NCBI GenBank assembly: GCA_965204735.1
Contig: OZ242008.1
Location: 3,296,001 to 3,360,000 of the forward strand
DNA: 64,000 nt
Source of the DNA: Longimicrobiales bacterium
Lineage (GTDB): Bacteria > Gemmatimonadota > Gemmatimonadetes > Longimicrobiales > Gaopeijiaceae
Reading direction: 5' to 3'
In this document: in pieces, positions 30,881 to 38,721 of the stretch
Layout: the number at the start of each line of letters is the position of its first letter
Position numbering within the stretch: position 1 is the stretch's first letter
Made by a program: the position numbers and the translations under genes
Notes under the pieces: model-generated
Databases searched by the model: none
Told to the model about the DNA's origin: nothing
The model's input: the letters and a program-made list of their open reading frames with translations, nothing else

Positions 30881-32094
30881 GCGGAGCGCGGGCCGAGAGC
30901 GCCGACGCCAAGAACGCCGGAGGCGCCTTCGGGAGCGTCGCGGCGTCGGACGAAGAGGCCCGCTTCGTGGTCGGTCCCGACTTCCGGCGCTTCTCCCAGA
31001 AGGACGACGTCTTCTGCCGCTCGTTCTGGGACCCCTCGGTGCGGAGCCACCGCTCCGACATGTTCTACGAGACGTACCGCACGCCGAAGATGAAGTGGCG
31101 GGGCGCCGACGGCTTCAGGCGTCGGGACTACGCGCTGCGCAACGCTTCCTGGCACGTGACGGACGTCTTCGCCGAGCTTCACGAGGCCGCGGACCGGCGG
31201 GAGGGCTTCCTCGATCCATACACGGCGGTTCGCGAGGGTCCGCCTGGACGGGCGCCCGTCGAGTCTCCCGAGGAGATGGCGCGGCAGCTGAAGCGGGCGG
31301 CCAAGACGCTGGGGGCGGACTTGGTGGGCGTCACCGGCTGGGACGAGCGCTGGGTGTACACGCACAACTACGGGCGCGAGCAGGAGGAGGAGAAGCCGCA
31401 GGAGCTTTCGGCGGAGCTGAAGAACGTGATCGTGGTGGCCCAGTCGATGGACCGGGAGCTGCTGCGCACCGCGCCGTCGGCGTTGAGCGGGGCCGCGACG
31501 GGGGCGGGCTACTCCCGCGACACGATCGTGCTGCTGGCCATCGCCCAGTTCGTCACCAACCTGGGCTACCGGGCCGTGGCGACGATGAACGACTCGGCGC
31601 TGGCAATCCCCTTCGCCGTCAAGGCCGGCCTGGGGGAGTACGGCCGCCACGGCCTCCTGATCACCCGCGAGTTCGGTCCGCGCGTGCGGCTGGGCAAGAT
31701 CTTCACCGACCTGCCGCTGGCCCACGACCGGCCGCAGCGCTTCGGCGTCGAGGAGACGTGCCAACTCTGCCGGGCGTGCACCGACGCCTGCCCGGCCAAG
31801 GCGATCGACGGAGGGGACCCGTCCACCGTCGTGCACAACCGATCCAACATCCAGGGCGTCGAGAAGTGGACGACCGACGCCGAGAAGTGCTTCCGCTACT
31901 GGTCGAACCTGAACACGGACTGCGCCATCTGCGTCCGCGTCTGCCCCTACAACCGCGACTACGCCCGGTGGACGAGCCGGGCGTGGCAATGGCTGGCCGG
32001 GACTCCGCTGCGGCGTCTCGCTCTGTGGCTGGACCGGGTGGCGGGGCGGGGGGAGAGGGTGCCGCCGAGCCGTTGGTGGGGAAGCGCGGAGTGA
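30853..32094 (+). CDS. Reductive dehalogenase-like cobalamin/2x[4Fe-4S] protein
   Basis: LGADLVGV, WVY, GAGYS, AGLGEYGRHGLLIT.EFGPRVR...IFTDLPL, CQLCRACTDACP and C-x9-CAICVRVCP; no Tat signal; start uncertain. Confidence 0.8.
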   Translation: MVPRVLPRLGGARAESADAKNAGGAFGSVAASDEEARFVVGPDFRRFSQKDDVFCRSFWDPSVRSHRSDMFYETYRTPKMKWRGADGFRRRDYALRNASWHVTDVFAELHEAADRREGFLDPYTAVREGPPGRAPVESPEEMARQLKRAAKTLGADLVGVTGWDERWVYTHNYGREQEEEKPQELSAELKNVIVVAQSMDRELLRTAPSALSGAATGAGYSRDTIVLLAIAQFVTNLGYRAVATMNDSALAIPFAVKAGLGEYGRHGLLITREFGPRVRLGKIFTDLPLAHDRPQRFGVEETCQLCRACTDACPAKAIDGGDPSTVVHNRSNIQGVEKWTTDAEKCFRYWSNLNTDCAICVRVCPYNRDYARWTSRAWQWLAGTPLRRLALWLDRVAGRGERVPPSRWWGSAE

Positions 32095-32948
32095 GCTCCG
32101 CCGGCCCGGATCGCTCCGCCGAAGCGGCCCCTGCCCGCGTGGCTTTGGTCACCGGCGGGGCGGTGCGGGTGGGGCGCGCCATTGCGCTGGGACTGGCGGA
32201 GGCCGGCTGGGACGTCGCGATCAGCTACCACTCGTCGTCGGACGCTGCCGAAGCAGTGCGGGCGCGCGTGGCGTCTCTGGGAAGGCGGAGCCTGGCTGTT
32301 GGGGCCGACTTGGCCGAGCCCGAGGCGCCGGCCCGCGTCGTGGACGCCGTGGCCGCGGAGTTCGGCGCGCTGGACTTGCTCGTCAACTCCGCCGCGTCGT
32401 TCCGTTCCGCCGGCCTGCTGGACGTCACGCGCGAAGAGTGGGACGACGTGATGGCCCTGAACCTGCGGGCGCCGTTCCTCCTGGTGCGCCGCGCCGCCCC
32501 GATGCTGCGCCGGGCTCAAGGCGCCGTCGTCAACATCGTGGACCTCTCGGCGCTTCAACCCTGGACCAGCCACCCTCACCACTCGGTCTCGAAAGCCGGT
32601 CTCCTGCACCTGACGAAGGTGATGGCCCGCTCTCTCGCGCCCGAAGTGCGCGTCAACGCCGTGGCGCCGGGGCACGTGCTGGCACCCTCGGGCGAGGGCG
32701 CGGCTCCCGCAGCGCGTGCCACTCGTTCAGCCGCTCGGCTGGCTCCCCCGGGCGAGGGCGCGGTCGGTGGTGGGGCCCAGGGCCCGGCCGGAGCTGCTCG
32801 CGGGCCCGCCGCCGAGGCGGCTGGGGCTGTGCTGGATCGACCAGGCCGGCCGGAAGACGTAGTAGAAGCCGTCCGCTTCCTGGCCGACGCGCGGTTCGTG
32901 ACCGGCGATGTCGTGGTGTGCGACGGGGGGCAGCTGCTGCGGACCTGA
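32091..32948 (+). CDS. SDR oxidoreductase, pteridine reductase/FolM-like
   Basis: VTGGAVRVG, LVNSAA.F, VNIVD, HSVSK, VRVNAVAPG, FVTG...DGG. Confidence 0.85.
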   Translation: MSSAGPDRSAEAAPARVALVTGGAVRVGRAIALGLAEAGWDVAISYHSSSDAAEAVRARVASLGRRSLAVGADLAEPEAPARVVDAVAAEFGALDLLVNSAASFRSAGLLDVTREEWDDVMALNLRAPFLLVRRAAPMLRRAQGAVVNIVDLSALQPWTSHPHHSVSKAGLLHLTKVMARSLAPEVRVNAVAPGHVLAPSGEGAAPAARATRSAARLAPPGEGAVGGGAQGPAGAARGPAAEAAGAVLDRPGRPEDVVEAVRFLADARFVTGDVVVCDGGQLLRT

Positions 32949-33047
32949 GCGGGCACGGACGCACAACGCGCCTTCGGTTGCGGCGCCTCGCGCAGGGACG
33001 GATCATGTTGCTTCCACCGAACTCCGCCGAGAACCGAGGCATGCCCC

Positions 33048-35168
33048 ATGGCCCGCTCCCCACTGTCCGCCGCTGCCCTGCCGCGCGTCGCCGTCCTCGC
33101 TCTGGCGGCCGGCGCGGTCGCTGTTCCCGCCTCCGCCCAGCAGCGCGCTCCCGGCATCGTGGACCTGATCGACATGCCGTCGATCTCGTCGCCCCGGCTG
33201 AGCCCCGACGGCGAGCGCGTGCTGTACGTCCGCTCCGACGCCGACTGGGAGAAGAACCGGACAGTCGCCCACATCTGGATGGCGACGGTCGACGGCGGCC
33301 CCGACCTGCGCCTCACCGCCGGCGAGGACGGCGAATCGAGCCCTCGGTGGTCTCCTGACGGCTCCCTGATCGCCTTCGTCGCCGACCGGGGTGACGACGA
33401 GGCCGACCAGATATACGTCCTCGACACCCGCGGCGGCGAAGCGCGAAGGCTCACCGAGCACCCCACGGCGGTCTCGTCGATCGCGTGGTCGCCCGACGGC
33501 GAGGGGCTCTTCTTCCTGGCGTTCGACGACAAGACGGAGGAGCAGAAGGAGCGCGAGGAAGCCGGCGACGACGTGTACGCCTTCGACGAGAACTACAGGC
33601 AGCGGCACCTGTGGAGGGTGTCTCTTGCCGACGGCGAGAGCCGGCGGATCACCGACGGGGACTACTCGGTCAACGAATTCCGGCTCTCCCGGGACGGCGC
33701 CATGGTCGCCTACGACAGAGGTCCTTCGCCCCTCTTCGACGACAACGACGACGGCGAAGTGTGGGTGATGAGCACCGACGGCTCGGATGCGCGGAGGATC
33801 ACCTTCAACGGCGTCCCCGAGTACGGCGCGGAGCTCTCGCCCGACAACCAATGGGTCCTCTTCCGCGCCGACTCCAACACCGAGGGCGAGTTCTACTACA
33901 ACGACAAGGTGTACTTGGCGTCTGCCCAGGGCCGGCGCGGTGGAGAGGGCGCCGCGACCGCCGCAGGAGACGCCGCCTACCGGCCCGCGATCAGCGACTT
34001 TCCCTACGAAGCCAGCCAGGCGGTTTGGGGGAAGGACGCTTCGACGATCCTCGTGCAGGCCAACACCGGCGCGCGCCAGGAGCTGTTCTCGGTGAACGTG
34101 GCGTCGGCCGTCGCGACGCAGATCACGCGGGGCGACCACAGCGTCTCGCTGGGCAGCTACCAGCCCGCGCTGGACCGGATGGCCGTCACCGTCGCGAGTC
34201 CCACCGAGCCCGGCGACGTGTGGCTGCTCGACGGATCGGGCGGCGCAATGGCCAGGGCGACGACCGTCAACGCCGACGTCGCCGAGCGCTTCCGCCTGCC
34301 CCGGGTGGAGGCGGTCCAGTGGCAGGGCGAGGACGGCGTCGAGGTCGAAGGGCTGCTCTACTACCCGCTGGACCACGTGGCGGGCGTCCGCCGTCCGCTG
34401 GTCGTGCAGACCCACGGCGGGCCGGCGTCGTCGGACCGCTTCCGCTTCCCGTCGTCCCACAACTACGAGACGGTGCTGACGTCGCTGGGATACTTCGTCC
34501 TCAAGCCCAACTACCGGGGCAGCACCGGCTACGGCGACGACTTTCTGCGCAATATGGTGGGCAACTACTTCGACCAGGCGCACAAGGACGTGATGGCGGG
34601 GGTGGACCACCTGATCGCGCAGGGGCTGGTGGACGGCGAGCGGATGGCGAAGATGGGGTGGAGCGCCGGCGGCCACATGACCAACAAGGTCGTCACCTAC
34701 ACCGACCGCTTCAAAGCCGCGTCCTCCGGTGCCGGCGCCGCCAACTGGGTGTCGATGTACGGCCAGAGCGACGTGCGCATCTACAGGACGCCGTGGTTCG
34801 GGACGACGCCATGGGAGGAAGGGGCCAACATCGATCAGTACTGGCAGGACTCGCCCCTTCGGGAAGTATGGAAGGTCGCGACGCCCACCCTCTTCCTCGT
34901 CGGCGAGGAGGACGCCCGAGTTCCCATGCCCCAGTCGGTGGAGATGTACCGGGGCCTGCGCCACAACGGCGTGCCCACGCACCTCTACGTCGCGCCCCGC
35001 CAGGGCCACGGCTGGCGCGAGCTTCGTCACCGCCTCTACAAGGCCAACGTGGAGCTGGACTGGTTCGAGCGGTGGGTAATGGAGAGGAATTGGGAGTGGG
35101 AGAAAGCACCGGAAGACGAGAAGGCGGCGGTGCGCCTTTGCGGCTCCCTGCCGACTCTGCCATCTTGA
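33048..35168 (+). CDS. Secreted S9 family (prolyl oligopeptidase-like) peptidase
   Basis: Signal peptide, WSPDG repeats, HGGP, PNYRGS.GYG, GWSAGG, D.RVP, GH. Confidence 0.93.
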   Translation: MARSPLSAAALPRVAVLALAAGAVAVPASAQQRAPGIVDLIDMPSISSPRLSPDGERVLYVRSDADWEKNRTVAHIWMATVDGGPDLRLTAGEDGESSPRWSPDGSLIAFVADRGDDEADQIYVLDTRGGEARRLTEHPTAVSSIAWSPDGEGLFFLAFDDKTEEQKEREEAGDDVYAFDENYRQRHLWRVSLADGESRRITDGDYSVNEFRLSRDGAMVAYDRGPSPLFDDNDDGEVWVMSTDGSDARRITFNGVPEYGAELSPDNQWVLFRADSNTEGEFYYNDKVYLASAQGRRGGEGAATAAGDAAYRPAISDFPYEASQAVWGKDASTILVQANTGARQELFSVNVASAVATQITRGDHSVSLGSYQPALDRMAVTVASPTEPGDVWLLDGSGGAMARATTVNADVAERFRLPRVEAVQWQGEDGVEVEGLLYYPLDHVAGVRRPLVVQTHGGPASSDRFRFPSSHNYETVLTSLGYFVLKPNYRGSTGYGDDFLRNMVGNYFDQAHKDVMAGVDHLIAQGLVDGERMAKMGWSAGGHMTNKVVTYTDRFKAASSGAGAANWVSMYGQSDVRIYRTPWFGTTPWEEGANIDQYWQDSPLREVWKVATPTLFLVGEEDARVPMPQSVEMYRGLRHNGVPTHLYVAPRQGHGWRELRHRLYKANVELDWFERWVMERNWEWEKAPEDEKAAVRLCGSLPTLPS

Positions 35169-35263
35169 AAGCAAGATAGACGAGACGAGGGATCACGATT
35201 CGTTACCGTGCGATCCGCAGGAGGTCGGCCTCTCGCGAGGACCAGAACAGAAGAGGAGTTGGA

Positions 35264-35953
35264 ATGAAGTGGATCGACAGGTGGAAGGCAGACAGGCGCG
35301 CTCGGGCTGCGAGGCGGGATGCTCTGGCGGAGGAGCGAGAGCTTGAGCGCCAAGCAAGGCTGGCCGAGCACAGGGAGCAGGAGGCTAGGCTTGCCGAGGC
35401 GAAGAGGGCCATTCTCGCCGGCGTCGACGCTGGGCAGTTAGTTCCGTTTCATCTGCGGAACAGCCCGTTCCGGCTGATGAAGTCGGAGGAACTCGTCTAC
35501 GCGTGTCCGGCGACCTATGGCAAAACGGGCCGCGAGTATCGGGCCACGTCGCAGGGAGCGAGCATCAGGGTCATGAAGGGTGTGTCGTACCGAGTCGGTG
35601 GCAGTCGGGGCCGGACTGTGGATACGCCGATCAGTTTCGACGATCCGGGTGCACTTGGGGTCACGACGAAGCACCTCTACTTCGCGTCGTCGGATCCCAT
35701 GCATGGCAAGTCGTTTCGGGTCCGGCTCGACAAGATCGTGACGACATCGCCGTTTACGGATGGCATGACGTTCATGCGCGACCTCGCGTCAGCAAAGCCG
35801 GAGGGGTTCAGCCGGATCGATGGGGTGTTCGTCAACGATCTGGTAGGGCGGCTGTCGGTTGCCATGAGCGATGGCGTCAAGTTTGAGTTGGCCGATCCAG
35901 AAGTCGACGAGAATGGCGAGAACATCACCACTCATCTCGCGTTGTCGGCATGA
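35264..35953 (+). CDS. Hypothetical protein: N-terminal coiled coil plus PH-like C-terminal domain
   Basis: GAGGAG RBS; G.SIRVMKGVSYRVG..RG and G.L.VTTK.LYF patterns; lower GC than flanks. Confidence 0.55.
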   Translation: MKWIDRWKADRRARAARRDALAEERELERQARLAEHREQEARLAEAKRAILAGVDAGQLVPFHLRNSPFRLMKSEELVYACPATYGKTGREYRATSQGASIRVMKGVSYRVGGSRGRTVDTPISFDDPGALGVTTKHLYFASSDPMHGKSFRVRLDKIVTTSPFTDGMTFMRDLASAKPEGFSRIDGVFVNDLVGRLSVAMSDGVKFELADPEVDENGENITTHLALSA

Positions 35954-37404
35954 CGATGCAGACGGCAGGACGGCTCCGTGCTGCGTGGACCTACTACTAC
36001 TATCGTGGGCTCGTCGTGGCAACGGCCGTAGTCGTGGCGTCGGGCGGGTGCGGGGACATGGCCGACGGGCCCGTCGCGCCTCCGGCGACCGAAGAGAAGA
36101 CGGCAGCTCAGGCAACGAACTCGCCCAACGGGTATGTGTATGTGCGGGCATATCTCACGCAGGGCGTTCAGCGCCTAAATGGGACCCGTCTGCCAATGAC
36201 GGCAGGGAAGGACGCACTGCTCCGCGTCTGGGTGAACGGATGGCCCGCCCACGAGTCGGGAAAAGACTCTCTGCGGGTACCGGAAGTGACTGCTCGCATT
36301 TGTGGTCGCAAGCATTGGCTGGAGCCCTTCGACATTCAAGCGCTGTACGGTTACCCAAGCTGCTGCCTGGGACTCGACAGAGTTGGAATCCACTACGACG
36401 TCATGGGCGACTATCTGCCCAGGTCATTCTTCGGCGAGGGCTCGCCTGGCATGTCGTTCAACACCTATGTGGATGGCGAAGTGCTAAGCGCCAATCCGTC
36501 GGGCGTGGTGCAGGCTAGAATCTCCATCGATTTCGAGGACGAGGATACGGTTCTCGCCTACTTTAGACCGACCCTGTCTGCCGACACGGGGTCAACGGTG
36601 TTCACTACGCTTGTGGTGGATGTGGTAGACGTTCCGCCGTTGGAGCTGGTGTTTGTTCCGGTACACGGCAGTGTTGATTCGTTGAACGCCATTACGGACT
36701 CTCTGACCGACGCTATTGTCGAGCAGGGTTCAGAACATCCGTTCATACGTCCTTGGGAGCAGGCGTTTCCATCTCCCGCATGGGTCGTTGAGCGTCGACC
36801 CGCGATTCCTTTCACGAACCAGATGCTTTCGGCGCTGGACAGCATCCAGAGTGGGTACGACGAGCAACACAAGTACTACGTGGCGTTCTTCAATCGCGCT
36901 GACCCGGCGTTTGACGGCGAGTATGCGGGGTGGGCGGTGGTAGAGGGAACGCGGGCCGTATCGTCGTTTCACTGTTGGGCTGCGTGGGACGACCTGAATC
37001 CAGGAGGCTGTTCTGGGGGATCAACGCTGGGGCACGAGTTGGGACACAACATGGGACTTCTTCACGCTCCGTGTCCCGTGGAGTGGCCGCCGTATACTTG
37101 GCTGGACCCGGAATACCCGTACTACAACGGATCAATAGGCGTGTGGGGGTGGCAGTTCAACGAGTCTGGCCGGTCTTATAGTGCTGGCCCACGTTCGCCA
37201 GAAGCAGTCGGCGGACGGCCTCACAGTCCCGACTTGATGGGTTACTGCGGCGGATACGAGTGGATCAGCGACTACCATTACGATAAGGTCCTGGACCACA
37301 TGATTGGCACTCCCGACGCGCAGCCATCGTCGAGTGGTCGGGTGATCTACGATCCAGAACGGATGATCGCACCATCATACCAACAGGGAAAGGAACAGGC
37401 CTGA
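35950..37404 (+). CDS. Zinc metalloprotease (metzincin, M66-like), probable lipoprotein
   Basis: HELGHNMGLLH (HExxHxxGxxH), Met-turn DLMGYC, WISDYHY, signal ending ASGGC; ATGA overlap. Confidence 0.8.
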   Translation: MTMQTAGRLRAAWTYYYYRGLVVATAVVVASGGCGDMADGPVAPPATEEKTAAQATNSPNGYVYVRAYLTQGVQRLNGTRLPMTAGKDALLRVWVNGWPAHESGKDSLRVPEVTARICGRKHWLEPFDIQALYGYPSCCLGLDRVGIHYDVMGDYLPRSFFGEGSPGMSFNTYVDGEVLSANPSGVVQARISIDFEDEDTVLAYFRPTLSADTGSTVFTTLVVDVVDVPPLELVFVPVHGSVDSLNAITDSLTDAIVEQGSEHPFIRPWEQAFPSPAWVVERRPAIPFTNQMLSALDSIQSGYDEQHKYYVAFFNRADPAFDGEYAGWAVVEGTRAVSSFHCWAAWDDLNPGGCSGGSTLGHELGHNMGLLHAPCPVEWPPYTWLDPEYPYYNGSIGVWGWQFNESGRSYSAGPRSPEAVGGRPHSPDLMGYCGGYEWISDYHYDKVLDHMIGTPDAQPSSSGRVIYDPERMIAPSYQQGKEQA

Positions 37405-37558
37405 TCGGGGTGCTGACAGCACCGCTGGTCAAAGCCCACGGGCAGACGCAGGACGCGCCGGACACGAGCACCTGCTACGAGCCCGACGGGACCGCCAAGA
37501 CACAGCGGACAGGCCTCCGCTGCCAGCACCGATTCGGCGCGCGCCCGTCGCGTGGTGG

Positions 37559-38647
37559 CTAGCGAGCGACTCCGTCGGTAGCGGCCCTTATTTGCCGGTT
37601 CTTGAGGGCAAGCTCGACCAGGAGCTCCTCCAGCTCGTCCTCGTAGCGCTCCAGCGGGATTTGGTCCTTGACGCTTCGAAGGGCGTCGATGCGGGACTCG
37701 ATCTCGGCCTTCTCTTCGTAGAGAGCGCGAAGGGCTGGGCTTGCGGCGCCGCTTTCGGCCGTTGCGACGCCCGAGCCGCCGGCCGCCGACAAGAACACGC
37801 TCCGCGCCAGGGCCCCGTCGTTCACGGCCTCGGCGCCCGTTCCCGCGTCGATCTGGCGGCTTCCCTCACCGTCCCCGTTGTCGTCCAGCACGGCGTGTTC
37901 GGTGAGCAGCTGGTTGTCGCCCTCGTACTCCCGCTCCACCTCGCGCAGCGCGTACGCAAACGCCTCCAGCATCGACACCCGGGAGTTCTTGTCCACATCC
38001 GCGTGGTCGCCTGCGAAGGCTTCGACGAAGTGCAGCCCGAAGCGCGTCATGTTCCGCTCGCGGCCGGTGCGCGTGGCGGCAATGATCGTCCGGTCGGGTC
38101 GAGAGAGAGCTTCGACGAAGGGACCCGAGGCGCTGGTCGTGTTGACGAAGGTGACGCGCCGGTCGCCCAACCCCTCCAGAAGGAAGCCGAAGTCGTCGGC
38201 CGAGAGGTCGGGGCCGGGAATGTTGAAGCGCGCTTCTCCGTCGCGGAAGGTTCCGTGGCCGGCCAGCAGCACCACCAATTCGTCCCCCTCGGCCATGGAC
38301 GCGCCCAGCTCGGCGAAGGCGGAACGGATGTTCTCGGCGGTGGAGCGGGCGGAGATGCGGGTCGGGTCAAGCTCCGGCTTCTCGCCCAGGTAGACGATGC
38401 GCGCAGGGGCCACGCCGTGCCTTTCGACCGCGGCATCGGCGAAGCGGCTCATCCATCCGTGAAAGGCGTCGGTGTAGTTGGGGTCGCCGCCCAGTCCCGC
38501 GATCAGCAGCACGTGCGTGTTCTGGGCTTGGAGGGCTGCGGAGAAGAACGCCGGGGTCCCGATCCCGAAGGCGGCCGCGACGGCCCCGACGGCCAGGAGG
38601 GTCCGCCCGGCTCTCAAGCCAGCCCCCGCCTGCACCGGTACGCCCAC
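37559..38647 (-). CDS. Exported hypothetical protein with caspase/C13-peptidase-like fold
   Basis: Signal peptide, LLIAGLGGD, VVLLAGHG, FNIPGPD, NTTSASG, EF-hand-like DVDKNSRVS, C-terminal coiled coil. Confidence 0.55.
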   Translation of the reverse strand: MGVPVQAGAGLRAGRTLLAVGAVAAAFGIGTPAFFSAALQAQNTHVLLIAGLGGDPNYTDAFHGWMSRFADAAVERHGVAPARIVYLGEKPELDPTRISARSTAENIRSAFAELGASMAEGDELVVLLAGHGTFRDGEARFNIPGPDLSADDFGFLLEGLGDRRVTFVNTTSASGPFVEALSRPDRTIIAATRTGRERNMTRFGLHFVEAFAGDHADVDKNSRVSMLEAFAYALREVEREYEGDNQLLTEHAVLDDNGDGEGSRQIDAGTGAEAVNDGALARSVFLSAAGGSGVATAESGAASPALRALYEEKAEIESRIDALRSVKDQIPLERYEDELEELLVELALKNRQIRAATDGVAR

Positions 38648-38721
38648 GTGCTCGGGCTGACCTGACCGACGGGGGGGCGCCCGCCTTTCAAGCCAGCCCC
38701 CGCTTGCGCCGGTACGCCCAC
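38614..38721. repeat. 34-bp direct repeat (32/34 identical), period 74 bp
   Basis: TCAAGCCAGCCCCCGCYTGCRCCGGTACGCCCAC at 38614-38647 and 38688-38721. Confidence 0.9.

Noticed and set aside
30853..32094. Epoxyqueuosine reductase QueG
   Set aside because: Lacks QueG-specific motifs; the N-terminal region and Fe-S spacing fit RdhA-like proteins better.
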